From assembly GCF_006345805.1 (NCBI RefSeq), contig NC_043011.1, forward strand, positions 25,680,464-25,744,463: DNA of 64,000 bases, given 5' to 3'. The first letter of the stretch is position 1, and each line of letters starts with the position of its first letter. The notes under the pieces were generated by a model. That model made no database searches and had not been told where the DNA came from. It saw nothing but the letters and a program-made list of their open reading frames with translations. The position numbers and the translations under genes were made by a program. This DNA comes from Octopus sinensis (taxonomy: Eukaryota). Shown piece by piece: positions 40,425 to 54,334 of the stretch.

Positions 40425-40733
40425 TATACACAAAAACATCAGATGTATAGTTATATGCATACACACACATGTGTATGCACCACAATAATATTGCAATGTG
40501 CACACACACACAACACACACACTGCACACACACAGAGACATATATGTATGTAATATATTTTGTATATATGAAATACGTGTATCTATGTAGATATGTGTAT
40601 GTGTGTGCATATATGTAATACGTGTTGTATGTATAGATTTATGTATGTGTGGTGTATAGTATATATATATATATGTATATACATATACTTTTATATATAT
40701 ATGTGTGAATGTGTATGTGTGCATGTATGTATG

Positions 40734-40787
<54 letters not shown>

Positions 40788-40788
40788 C

Positions 40789-40826
<38 letters not shown>

Positions 40827-41030
40827 CATACACACACACATACATATATCTGTATGTGTGTGTATGTATAACCACATATGTTTCACACATACCCACACCC
40901 ACATTTTCATATTTTTTGCGTTGTTAACCACACCCCTCCCTCTTTTATCTTTCTTTGCAGTCATCACTTTTGGACAGATTTATCATTATTATTATCACAA
41001 TCATTAAACATTATTATAATTATTATCATT

Positions 41031-41107
<77 letters not shown>

Positions 41108-41126
41108 CATCATTATCATTATCACG

Positions 41127-41179
<53 letters not shown>

Positions 41180-41907
41180 GAACACGCTGGTCTACTCACA
41201 AATTCATGTCTATGTTCTTATGTGTTTTTGCTTGTGTATATTTATGTGTATGTAAGTGTGTGTGTGTAGGTATACATTTATATGTGTATTCTTTGAATGT
41301 AAGTGCTTTCTGTGAAAGATTACGAGTAATAATTAGAGGGAAAGAGAGAGAGATGAGAGAGAGAGAGATAGAGGGAGGGGGAGAAAATGGGAAGGAATCT
41401 GATGATTATTATTTTTATTGTTATCATTATTATTATTATTATTTATATCATTAATATCAATATTTGTGTTCTTGTTATTCTTCATGTTGCTCATTGTTTT
41501 TGTTGTTGTTCTTGTTGGTGTTGTTCCAAAGTTTTTTTTTCTATTTAATTACAAAAAATTTTTTTTTTTACTTCTCCATTTCTTTTCTCCACAAATCATC
41601 AACAACTTGTTGACTAAATATTATTAAATATGTTGGTTGTGTGTAACTCTCACACAGTTCTTTCCTTCAGTGCTCTTTTAATGATATATATATATATATA
41701 TATATACATACATATATGCAATATATATATTAATATGTACAGTATGTATGCACATACATAAATATATTCAAATATTCATATGTGCATGTATATGTATATA
41801 TATGTTTACATATATATATACATATATATATATATCAATATATATATGTATACATATATATATGTATGTATTATATATGTATCTCTCTCTATATATATGT
41901 ATCTATA

Positions 41908-41956
<49 letters not shown>

Positions 41957-42102
41957 GTATATATATATATATATAATATATATATATATCTACAATCAAT
42001 GACTCCTGTAGCTGTAGTAACATTTGTATGCTAGTTTCTTCTTGCCGTAGTTTGAATTTTTACTATCATCTAGTTTCATTCTCCTGCAATGTTTATATAT
42101 AT

Positions 42103-42140
<38 letters not shown>

Positions 42141-42588
42141 AATTTACGTATGTATATGTATATACATACATATATACACATACATAAATATACATATGTA
42201 AATGTATATATATATATGTGTGTGTGTAAATATGTGTATATATGTATATATGCATGTATGAGCGCACAAGTTTTTTTATCTCTCAAGTAAAAGACTTTAC
42301 CAAGGAACCAAGATCTTCAAAGATAGTTCCAAATGGAGTTTGGCAGCTGTATACATGCATACATACTTAAATCTATACATATGTATTGTGTAAATATATA
42401 TATATATATATATATATATAATAATATATAAATATATATATTTATATATTATAAATTACTTTCTCTCTTTTTTCTCCTCCGTTTCCTTGAAACTGAAAAA
42501 GAAGAAAAAAGAAATTACATTAAAAGCAAATATAAATAATTCTGGAAACCATAAATAAATATAATAATAATAATAATAATAATAAATA

Positions 42589-42631
<43 letters not shown>

Positions 42632-42632
42632 A

Positions 42633-42663
<31 letters not shown>

Positions 42664-43029
42664 GTGATTGTGAATATTTTTTTATAAGATCTAAAGCATC
42701 AGGAATATCCCATAATGGCAATTTTAGCATTGCATTTTCTGTTAGTTGTGAGGACGTGTCCAAATTGATGCCAATATGACAGCTTAGTAGGCATTCTATA
42801 GACAGATATACATCTCTATGTACATATATATCTATATAAATGCACGCGCACATGTGTGTGTGTGTGTGTGTATGTGTGTGCCTGTGCGTGTATGTGTGTG
42901 TCATGTGTGTGTGTGTGTGTGTGTATGATACATTTTTTTGCTTCTGGTGGTGAATTTGTCATATACACACACACATATATATATATATATATCTGTAAAT
43001 ATAGTATGTGACAATTATTCGGCAGCCAA

Positions 43030-43087
43030 GATAACTCCGAGTTTTGGATGCCGAGGTGGAAATACCGGCACCATCTCTTCAGTTATC
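43030..43087 (-). ncRNA. Degenerate Penelope-type hammerhead motif
   Basis: Reverse complement: GATAA-CTGAAGA-GAT-GGTGCCG..CGGCATC-C-AAAAC-TCGGAGTTATC (GAAA mutated). Confidence 0.45.
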
Positions 43088-43184
43088 CGCCATCGGAAAA
43101 ACACTATGAAAAATCATCTATTTACATAATATCGAGGTCTCTTTCTTTCTTTTGCTATCTTACCATTTTTATCAATATATATAT

Positions 43185-43238
<54 letters not shown>

Positions 43239-43248
43239 CATAAATAAA

Positions 43249-43334
<86 letters not shown>

Positions 43335-43342
43335 TATATTTA

Positions 43343-43450
43343 TATATAGAAGGAGCTTCTACAGGACTAGAACTGTTTCATTCAAGAGAAATCTTCTGAA
43401 GATTTCTCTTGAATGAAACGTTCTAGTCCTGTAGAAGCTCCTTCTATATA
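43343..43450. repeat. Near-perfect 108-bp palindrome (1-nt spacer), probably inverted Penelope pLTR ends
   Basis: Arms 43343-43396 and 43398-43450 differ by one indel; CTGAAGA...GAAAC spans the centre. Confidence 0.85.
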
Positions 43451-43523
43451 ATAAATTAATTTTACTCTGCTATGTATTGAGTACCTTATTTACTGTGGTT
43501 AACCCCCGAATCAAACCCGGGAC

Positions 43524-43636
<113 letters not shown>

Positions 43637-43934
43637 GTACATATATATATATATATATATGTGGTGTGTGTGTGTGTATTATATATATATCTGTATATAT
43701 CCCTGTGAATAATGTGTGAATGTATATATTTATATCTATCTTTCTATGTATACATGCATGCATATATATGTGTGTGTATACTATATATGTATATTATACC
43801 CGAAAATATATGTTCATGTATACAAATATACATAGAATTTATATATATATATATACATACATATATATGTGTTATATATAGAGATTGAATATATATGTGT
43901 ATTATATATATATATATTCATATATATATATATA

Positions 43935-43988
<54 letters not shown>

Positions 43989-44150
43989 TAATATATATTA
44001 TGTGTGTGGTTATATACATATGTGTATTATGTATATATATGTGGTTTATGTGTATATATATATATAATATATATACATATATATATATATAGAATATATT
44101 ATATAATATATATAATATATAATCATATATATATATATATACATACATAT

Positions 44151-44315
44151 GCTGGCATGGGTTGGACAGTTTGACTGGGGTCTGGGAAGCAAGGAGGCCG
44201 CAGCAGGTCCCCATCTAATCTGGCAGTGTTTCTACAGCTGGATGCTCTTCCTAATGCCAACCATTCCAAGAGTGTAGTGGGTGCTTTTTATGAGCTACTG
44301 GCACAGGGGCCAGTG
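44151..44315 (-). mobile_element. RTE-tail retroposon fragment
   Basis: gctggcatgggttggacagtttgac...ctggatgctcttcctaatgccaacc. Confidence 0.8.
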
Positions 44316-44325
44316 GAGCAAAGGA

Positions 44326-44365
44326 CCACTGATGAGGTCACAGAAGTGTGACGAAAGAACTCTGG
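44326..44365 (+). ncRNA. Minimal type I hammerhead ribozyme with intact core
   Basis: CCA-CUGAUGA-G-GUCACA(GAAG)UGUGAC-GAAA-G(AA)C-UC-UGG. Confidence 0.75.
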
Positions 44366-44551
44366 CCGAAATAAGATTAAGTTTAATGTAATAAATAAAT
44401 AAAGCTGAAGCAAATTAACACCAAATATATAGTGTGTGTGTTTTTATTGGCTAAACTGGCAAAATGACCAGCCCTAAATACAATAATATCTGCTTCAACA
44501 CACGATTTCACATCAAGAATCTTTCAAAACAAATATATAAATGTATATATA

Positions 44552-44640
<89 letters not shown>

Positions 44641-45676
44641 CTTATCGAATGGTTGTGCTTTGTAGTTTACTGTAATTGTCCATGATTCAGTGTTTTATAC
44701 AACATAATTTTCTGATGAAACAACAAATATAAACCCCTGACACTTGCAAGAAATGGATTTTGAAATGGTGATTTCAAATTCTGTCTGCACCTGCTTTATA
44801 ACAAGATTATAGTGAGCATAACTCATTATTTATTTGTTATGAATTATCTAAGGTGAGTTATTTCCCTTAAGCTGTTTTATGTTATGGTGGAATGACTTGA
44901 TATTTAAAATAAGATATATATATATATATACGCGTATATGTATGTATCTGTTTAAAATTCCTTACAAAAGTGGGAAAGACAAGTTAAACTATAACACAGC
45001 CTTGTAGTTTTGGTTTCAGTCCCACTGCTCAGCACATTGGGCAAGTGTTTTCTACCATAGCCGTGAGCTGACCAATGCCTTGTGAGTGAATTTGGCAGCT
45101 GTAAACTGTGTGGTTAAAGAAACTGATAGATAAAAGCATCAATTTTGGAAAAAAAAAGAAAGTACTGGGGTCAGTTTGTTTGACCAAACCTTTCAAGGTA
45201 GTCCTCCACAATGGCATAATCCAATGATGAAAGATGATGTTTTTTTTTATCTATTTAGTTTTATTTTGTCTTCTGTTTTTAAATCTACTGTAAATGCATA
45301 GTCAACTGATGAGCAAGTGTCATGCTAGTTTGTCCAATATAACAGATTAAGACATAAGGTTTGAAAATTCATATCTGCATTGAAATATGTACATTACATT
45401 CATTGTCTGAAGTACAATCTCTGGTTTGTTAGTTTCTGGTTTTATGCTATTGAGAGTTTTTAATCCTGATATTTTTGCAATATATTCTTTACTTTGTGTT
45501 TGGGTAGGAAATATGTTGTGTTTTGTTTCATGAGTTTTTTTATGATATACACATTTGTTTTTATAACTTTAGTGTTTTTATTTCATGCAGTGTATTATAT
45601 GTGTAGTAGTTTCTGTGTGTTTATTGGTTGTATCTGTGCATGAGAATTACATACATTCATACATATATGCACACTT

Positions 45677-45708
<32 letters not shown>

Positions 45709-45831
45709 CTATATATATATGTATACATACATATATAAATAAATATATATATATATATAGTATATATATATATATATCTATATATATATATATGTATATA
45801 ATATATAGTATATATATATATTATATATATA

Positions 45832-45919
<88 letters not shown>

Positions 45920-46198
45920 ATGTATATATATTGTGGTTGTCTACTCCTTATGCAGAGTTTGACCACCTCCTTTACCTACACATTAGAACCATCATGGCAT
46001 ATGATTTGGGTTGGCTTTTTAAACCAGACAATGTTCTGAAAAGACACCCACATAGATTGCATATCTGATTTGGACCACCAAGAGCTGCAGATAAGTTCTA
46101 ATCTTTGTGGATCTTAAAATGTCTTTTGAGGTCTCCTTTAGATTTGCAAATATCTGGCATACATTGCATTCAAAGGTGTGCACAGACATATAGGCAGA

Positions 46199-46229
<31 letters not shown>

Positions 46230-46249
46230 TATGTAGAAGGTTGAAAAGG

Positions 46250-47225
46250 AAAACACGAGTTGATATATTTGGAAAAAAAAGTCAAGGTAGAAAATGCTAA
46301 AATAATTTTATAAAAAACATTTCAGTACTGGTTTCAGTCATTGAGATTTTTTCAACTGTAAGTATGGAAAACAAATTTTGGAAAAATTAAAAGAAAAGTT
46401 TTTTAAAAGAATATTTGCATAGGGTTCAAATACAAGTGGCGTTTTCCTTGTTTCTGCCTGTTTCTGTCTCTCTTGTTTACTCTTATGGGTTTGAGGTCAT
46501 TGTGAATTCTTGGTAGGGAGGAAGAAGAAGAAGCAGAAGAAAAAGAAAAAGAAGGGGAGGAGGATGTGGAGAAGAAGAAGAAGAAGAAGAAGAATGCGGG
46601 AGTGCCATGATAATAGTATGTTAAATGGTCAAGTGCCCTGAAAGTGACCAGTTGTGGATGGTAGTAGTGATTGAATTCCTGAAACAGCTCTTTTTGAATG
46701 TTTTGTTTATAAAATTTGTGCAGGTGTTATTCTAAACAGCAATAGTGGTAAAGTTAGGAAGGAGCTGGCGGAGAGGAAGAAGACAAAGAAGAAGAAGAAA
46801 AAGAAGACGAAAAAAAAGAAGAAGAAGAAGAAGAATAAAGAGAAGGGAGAATAAGAAGGAATGTAGGCAGTATGATAGTAATAAGTTGTTAAATGGTCAA
46901 GTAACCTAAAAGTGGCTCGTTATGGATTATAGCAGTGATTGAGACTGTTTTTTAATGAATTCTTGGGAATCTCTTGAGTGTATCATTTTTAATATTTGTG
47001 TGTGTGTTTGTGTTATTCTAAGGTTGTGGTGGATATGTCATTTGTCGTAGATGTGTTCAAAAGGGGTCTGTATTTTGCAATAAAGAGAGTCTCTTTACTA
47101 ATTCGTTGGCTACAGGTTGTATCGTCTCTCAATTGGTAGAGGGGAAAAATTCTGAAGCTCGGATTTTTGTTATTGGCGCAAATGTCTATATGTTGGCTGA
47201 ATTTATTTTTCTGTTTTAGGGAATT
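46250..47225 (-). mobile_element. Penelope-like element 3' portion (GIY-YIG C-terminus, 3' region, decayed hammerhead)
   Basis: FSQHIDICA...FRIFPLYQ...[17 protein letters not shown] at ~47013-47225. Decayed hammerhead at 46323-46358 (reverse complement cag-TTGAAAA..GAAAC-CAG-TA-ctg). Internal ~250-bp duplication with (GAA)n. Confidence 0.7.
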
Positions 47226-47265
47226 TTGATCTGTGTGTGTGTCTATATATGTGTATGTATGTATA

Positions 47266-47334
<69 letters not shown>

Positions 47335-47349
47335 GTATATATATATATG

Positions 47350-47412
<63 letters not shown>

Positions 47413-48060
47413 GTGTGCATGTATATCTGTATATATACATACATATATATATGTATATGTTATATATATATATATTATGTATATATATATTTTTTTTCAT
47501 TCTGCCTTTAACTGAACTGGTCATGTTGGTCTGGGCTCCTACTATGTTCTCTAGGACCTTACCCATTTCATCTTTGTACCACCCCACTAAGTTCGTTCGA
47601 TAGCTGCAAAGCTCTTTCTGCTGTATGTGTAGTATATGTCTTATTATTCTTTTTCCTCTGCTGTATACAGCTGAAAGCCTTCATGCTGTTATATATGTAT
47701 AATTCTTTGTCTGTTGTATTTATATGTCTTGTTTGTTTCTGTCTTAGTATACATTTGCTAAGCTTTTCCCAAAAGATTAAGAGCACTGGCACCTCCAAAA
47801 TTGAGTGGTGTCAATGATAATTGGTGCAAAGCCACAGTGATATTTTGGGTCATGACTGATAAGGAAAAATCGGCTGTGGATATTCCGTGTATCATGTCTT
47901 TGCCAAGATTTCCCAACTGTCAAGTTTTCGTTTACTTATGCGTTTGCTCTACCTTTGTCTAACTTTTTTTCTCCTTGTTGTATTCTTTCTGTTTAGTCCT
48001 TCAGATAATATATATATATATATATTATCTGAAGCATACAGTATTATATATTCATTGCCG

Positions 48061-48260
48061 CTGCTCTGACTAATCGTTTTTGTACTAGGGATACAATGGA
48101 ATGTTAGGTAACAATCTGGTTATATAGCCCTATGCTCATCGGAGGTAGTCAATAAAGAATGAAATATTGGCTACCTCTGATGAGTGTTGGGTTATATTAT
48201 TGGATTGTTACCTAACACTCTATTGTACCCCTAGTGCAAAACCAATTGGTAAGATCAGCT
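48061..48260. mobile_element. Inverted pair of Penelope-like pLTR fragments with a decayed hammerhead
   Basis: Arms 48061-48154 and 48165-48260 are inverted; CTGATGA at 48177, AAAAC-CAATTG-GTA at 48238-48251. Confidence 0.7.
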
Positions 48261-48674
48261 GCGATGGATATATAATACTGTACACTTTGGATAATATACC
48301 CACTCTTTTGACAGATATATGAGTACATCTTTTTACTGACTTATGAACTTTTAAATGATTTATACACACACACAGACAACTGAGACAACCTACTTTTTCA
48401 GTTAACACACAAGTGGCTGAGTATTTCAGAGACATATGTACTCTTAACATCATTTTCATGCTAAATCAGCATATCACAATGTGAAGTAAAGCTGGGCCTC
48501 AAATCACATGTGCTACCCATCCAGCTTTTATAGTTTTCATGTATCAAGTGGCAGTCTCAAGGCTTGGGTCAATGCCAAATGACATTTATGATATCATGTT
48601 TTGATATTGAACTCTGAATCTCTTGATTTTGAAGTGAACTTGTAAACCTCTTGGTTGTAACAATAGGACAACAC

Positions 48675-49530
48675 ATCATCATCATTTAATGTTTGCTTTC
48701 CATGCTGGCATGGGTTGAGCGATTTGACATGGAGCTAGCTAGCAGGGAGCTGCCTAGACTCCCATTATCTGTTGTGGCATAGTTTCTGTGGCTGGATGCC
48801 CTTCCTAATGCCAGCTACTTAACAGAGTGTGCTGGGTTCTTTTAATGTGCTACCAACACACGTGTGTCTATGGAGCACTGGCATGGGTGTGTTAATGCAG
48901 CAATGGCATGGGTGCTTTTTAAGTGGCACCAGCACCTGAAAGGACATGACTATATGTGTGGAAGATAGCGATTTTACTTAGCTTGATGTGTTTTATCTGA
49001 TAAAGCAAATTACCACATCTCTTGGTCCCTTGTCATTTCCTCAATGTGTCTGTGTTTGTCCCCTGTCACCACTTGATACTGATGTTGCTGTGTTTACATC
49101 CCTGTAACCTAGAGGTTCAGCAAAAGATGCTGCTAGAATAAGTGATCATATGACTGACCAGGCTATCAGGTGTTGTTATACATCGTTGGTCACAATGTGC
49201 TTTTGCATTGTTTTAGCCTTCAAATGATGCCACCCCACTGGCTGGGTGAGCAGGCCAACAATCCCTACTGATCAAAAAGAGTAATGGATCAATATGAATT
49301 GAAGTGTTTTGTTCAAGAACACAACACACTGCCCAGTCAGGGAACAGAAGCCATGATCTAATGATTGAGAGTGCAACAGCCCAACGACTAGGCCATGTAC
49401 CTTCACAATTGAATAAGCACTAGGCTTAAAAAATAAGTCCAGGGGTCAATTTGTTCAACTAACAGCACGTCAAGGCAATGCTCCAGTATGGCCGCAGTCA
49501 AATGACTGAAACAAAAGAATAAAAGAATAA
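48675..49530. mobile_element. Nested cluster: RTE tail (-), SINE A 3' part interrupted by SINE D and SINE B fragments
   Basis: Recognisable pieces of the families defined elsewhere in the window. Confidence 0.7.
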
Positions 49531-50261
49531 AGGAATAAGCATCGATGGTAATTATAGTTTGAGTATACACGTCTGGTGCAAAATGGTATTACACAAATAA
49601 ATAGTCGGTTGTGGTTATCTAAAAATAATCTATCGCAGAAATATATGTTAACACAGAACACATTTTGTACTACTTGATCATAGGTTTGATACTCAGTATT
49701 CACTGTTCAACTACCGACTGTTAAACCAGTAGATGTTGAATTAATGCGGTTAACCAACATGGTCAAACTAACACTTGTCAAATACTCTCCCTGACAGTTC
49801 ACTCAGTTCTTATTTATTGTAATGGGTTAGTCTACCTTCAGTCATGTGGGGGTGTCCAGGATTCTCCCATAATAGTTATTCAAAATCAGCGAGACCTGGG
49901 AGAGGAAGAACTTCCCTAAGGGAAACATATGTAGTGGCAGGCCCATTTGCCAGACTTAGATGCCTGGGGGTACTTGAGAATATCCTAATGGGCACTAATT
50001 TGTATTAGTGCTAAAGTGGAGTTTCAAAATAGGTGTATCACTGTAAATTTGAAGGTGCACCATTGAGTAGTGAGATACTGTGACACAGAGCTGAGAAACT
50101 AAGGACCCAACTAAAAGGAGCAGAAAAGACAGCCCAGAGTTGCGAATAGTGGAGGAAAGCAGTTGATGGCTGTTGATGGCCTATGCTACACAGGAAATGA
50201 AGGGCTAATGTAAAATTAAGATAGCTACTTGTATTACATGTGACCTTTTCAAATCAGTAGT

Positions 50262-50570
50262 GAAGGTGTGTGGCTTAGTGGTTTGAGTATTCAGCTCACG
50301 ATTGTAAGGTCACGAGTTCAATTTCCAGCAGTGCATTCTGTCCTTGGGCAAGACACATTATTTCATGTTGTCCCACTCCACATAGCTGGCAAAAATGAGT
50401 AGTACCTGTATTTTCAATGGGCCATCATTGTCACATTCTGTGTCATGCTGGATCTCCCTCAGAACTACGTTAAAGCTACATGTGTCTGTGGAGTGCATGT
50501 TAATTTCATGGGCAAGCTGTCCAGTTGATTGGATGAACTGGAACCCTTGTAACCAACTGAGTACCAGTTA
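50262..50570 (+). mobile_element. SINE family B copy
   Basis: gaaggtgtgtggcttagtggtttgagtattcagctcacgattgtaagg...tccttgggcaagacac. Confidence 0.85.
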
Positions 50571-51047
50571 AAAAACAATAGAAATCAACAGTTTAACACA
50601 GTGACATATTCTGTGGGAGACCTTCACAGTACAGCAACAACATTGTGACATATTCTATATGGAATTGTCTCCATCCTCTGTCTCCATACTCTGCACAATA
50701 ACAAAGCACGACCCCCCATTTTATGTGGGACTCTCTCCTTGTATAGTTCCACACCACTCCTATATATTCTGCTTGTGAATGTTGCAATTCAATGACTGTA
50801 CTAATGAACTCTTGATTTCATGATGTAAAACAGATAATTTTTGTTTTTACTAATTGGAGAAGAAAATAAGGACAATATAGTCACAGCTGGAATAGCTTTG
50901 GTCATAGGTCTGATCAATTAGGACTGACCTGGCACCATACAGTAAAAACAACAACAACATGACACACAGCAGCAACAGAAACAAGGAGAGTAACACCAAC
51001 AAAAAGCATCATCATCATCATCATCATCGACGACGACGATGACAACT

Positions 51048-51098
<51 letters not shown>

Positions 51099-51509
51099 GC
51101 AACAACAGCAGCAGCAGCAGCAGCAGCAACAGAAAGAAAACATAAAACAAAATCAACAACAGCAACAATGACAAAAAAAGAAAAAAAAATGAATAACCAT
51201 AACAATCATGCAAATTATACCTTTCTATGCACATTTCTAGTTCTTGAATATTCAACTTGAGCAATGTACCTCACTCCACAAAACACCAAATAGTATCACA
51301 CCACACCCAACACCAACTCCCAAACCACACCAACACCCCATTCATCTTTCAGCTTCCCTTCAAGCTAACTATTAATTAAGAATATCGAACTTAATAAGGC
51401 CCTTCCCTTAAAATATTGCCTTCTGCACTAGTGAAGAATGAATCCCAAAGTTCAATGGATTCGATCATTATTGTTATCCTTATCATCATCATCATCATTA
51501 TTATTATTA

Positions 51510-51549
<40 letters not shown>

Positions 51550-51596
51550 ATATTATTATTATTATATTATTATTTATTATTGTATTATTATTATTA

Positions 51597-51660
<64 letters not shown>

Positions 51661-51836
51661 GTTATTATTATTATTATTGTTATTATTATTATTATTATTA
51701 TTACTATTTATGTATTTTTTGTTATTTACGTGTGTCAGTTCGTTGATTTTCAAGTAAAAATATATTTGCAAAAGCAACGGTAAAGTTATAATAGAATATT
51801 AAAAAATAGAAATAAAAATTAAAAATCAAATTTTGA

Positions 51837-51888
<52 letters not shown>

Positions 51889-52083
51889 GTAGTAATAATT
51901 ATAATAATAAAAAAGAACCTTATAAATTTGCAAATAGCTAATTAAATTTTTATTATTTTCCTGTTATGAAAACTAACGATTTTTATTTAAAAACGAGCTA
52001 TGGAGTTTTTAGTTTTCAGATTTCTGTGAAAATGTATAAAGTTACATAAAAAAAAAAATAGTTCACCGTTTTCTCAAGCGTGC

Positions 52084-52089
52084 AATAAA
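52084..52089 (+). terminator. Candidate polyadenylation signal AATAAA
   Basis: AATAAA at the end of unique AU-rich sequence, near the CpG-content transition. The motif alone is weak evidence in AT-rich DNA. Confidence 0.25.
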
Positions 52090-52108
52090 AATGTGAGTTA
52101 TTAATGAA

Positions 52109-52172
<64 letters not shown>

Positions 52173-52274
52173 CCTCTATCTGTCCATCCATCCATCCGCC
52201 CATCCATCCATCCATCCATCCATCCATCCATCCATCCATCCATCCATCCATCCATCCATCCATCCATCCTCTAA

Positions 52275-52315
<41 letters not shown>

Positions 52316-52316
52316 C

Positions 52317-52393
<77 letters not shown>

Positions 52394-52550
52394 CATACAG
52401 CTATTTACCCTTCCATCCATCCATCGGTCCGTCCATCTGTCTGTCCATCCGTCCGTTATATTCGCTTGTACTTTTATCCAGCGGTGAAACGATATTGTGA
52501 ACATAATCTTAAATGTAAAGCAGTTTTGGTGACTAACAATGTTCCAGGTA

Positions 52551-52583
<33 letters not shown>

Positions 52584-52841
52584 GTATATTCTTCAGTTTA
52601 AATTTTATGAATTTCTTACCAATGGAGAAATAGCTGGCTTCTGATCGAGAAACAAGGTTCTTTCATTGGAATAAACAGGTTAGTCTTACGTACATCCATG
52701 TGCATACATATTTATGTAAGTATATAAGATGTATGCATGGATTACAGGTAAGTTCACCCCCATCAATTCACTTCACAGCGAAGAAAGTTCACGGTAAGGA
52801 AAGTTTACCGAGAAAATATATCCATAGTATCTGACCATTAT

Positions 52842-53228
52842 AGGTGCAAAAGTGGCTGTGTGGTAAGAAGCTTGCTTCCCAACCAAATGGTTCCAGGTTC
52901 AGTACCACTGTGTGGAACTTTGGGCAAGTGTGTTCTACTATAGCCTTGATCTGACCAAAGCTTTGTGAGTGGATATGGTAGGTGGAAATTGGAAGGAGAC
53001 TGTCACATACACACATATATATATATATGTATGTATGTATGTATGTATTTGTTTGTCTATGTTTGTCCTCCCCTATCACTTAACAACCGATGTTGGTGCG
53101 TTTACATCCCTAAAGAAACCAGGACAAAAGTACTAGGATTACAAAGAATAAGTCCTGGGGTTGATTTATTTGACTAAAGGCAGTGCTCCAGCATGGCTGC
53201 AATCAAATACTTGAAGCAAGTAAAAGAA
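52842..53228 (+). mobile_element. SINE family A copy
   Basis: Head, microsatellite and tail present. Confidence 0.85.
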
Positions 53229-53256
53229 TAATATATATATATATATAATATATATA

Positions 53257-53301
<45 letters not shown>

Positions 53302-53844
53302 TATATATAAAATGTGTGTGTGTGTGTGCATGTTTGCATGCATGCATATGTGAGCATGTGCATGTGTGTGTTTGTTTGTGCATATGTGGTGCTGCTTGTT
53401 GTTACTTATGTCTGTGTTTACATATGTATGCCTTTATCTACTTCTTATAGCATCTTTAATGGTTTATAGTTTTATGCACGAATGCATATGTGAATGAAAG
53501 AATAAGGTATTTGGGTACTAAGTAATTTCTTAGAGATCAAAATGATTATTCTATGTAAGCAAATATTTCCATTTCTCCCTTATACAACACTGTGTAACAA
53601 ATTTCTTCTTGTCTTTGGTCAGAAAGTGTTATTTCCTATTTGCTTCTATCTAGAAATCTAATGAAATGACTACTATTCCCTTCTAACTTTGCTTCTTTGG
53701 CCTGGTCATCAATGTTTTGAAACTGTCCTATTTTCCATTACATTTTTGACATATTCAAATTTTCTGCTCAGTACCACAGATCTTAATTATTGACAACATG
53801 TGCATCTCTGATCATGAGCAGTAGTGGGGGAGCATTATAGTGAA

Positions 53845-54075
53845 GGCGGCGAGCTGGCAGAATCGTTAGCATGTCAGGCGGAATGCTTAGCGGTATTTTG
53901 TCTGCTGCTATGTTCTGAGTTCTAATTCTGCCGAGGTCGATTTTTTGCCTTTCATCCTTTCGGGGTCGATTAAATAAGTACCATTTACGCACTGGGATCG
54001 CTGTAATGGATTTAGTCCCTTTGTGTGTCCTTGTTTGTCTCCTCTATATTTAGCCCCTTGTGGGCAATAAAGAAT
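53845..54075 (+). mobile_element. SINE family C (Nin-domain-like)
   Basis: ggcggcgagctggcagaatcgttagc...gccgaggtcgattttttgcctttcatcctttcggggtcgattaaataagtacc. Confidence 0.88.
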
Positions 54076-54334
54076 TAAATTATAGCGATGTGTTGAGAGG
54101 GATTCTTAGGGGTTTGAATAAATGTAACTTAAGCAAAGTTTGAAGGAAATATTACCCATTTTTCATAATTTCTAGGAGTAAGCAAATAAGAAATAACAGT
54201 TGCTACCCAAGGACAAAAATCGTGTTACACTATGTAATTCTAGATTAGAACCTTGAAGAACATGTAAGTCTCTACTCCTAAATATTTTAAATCACTGATT
54301 CAGTTTCAATAAGATTCAAGTCACCAACGAGTTA

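Noticed and set aside
42680-42805. Unique island open on both strands (possible exon)
   Set aside because: No recognisable protein or convincing splice sites.
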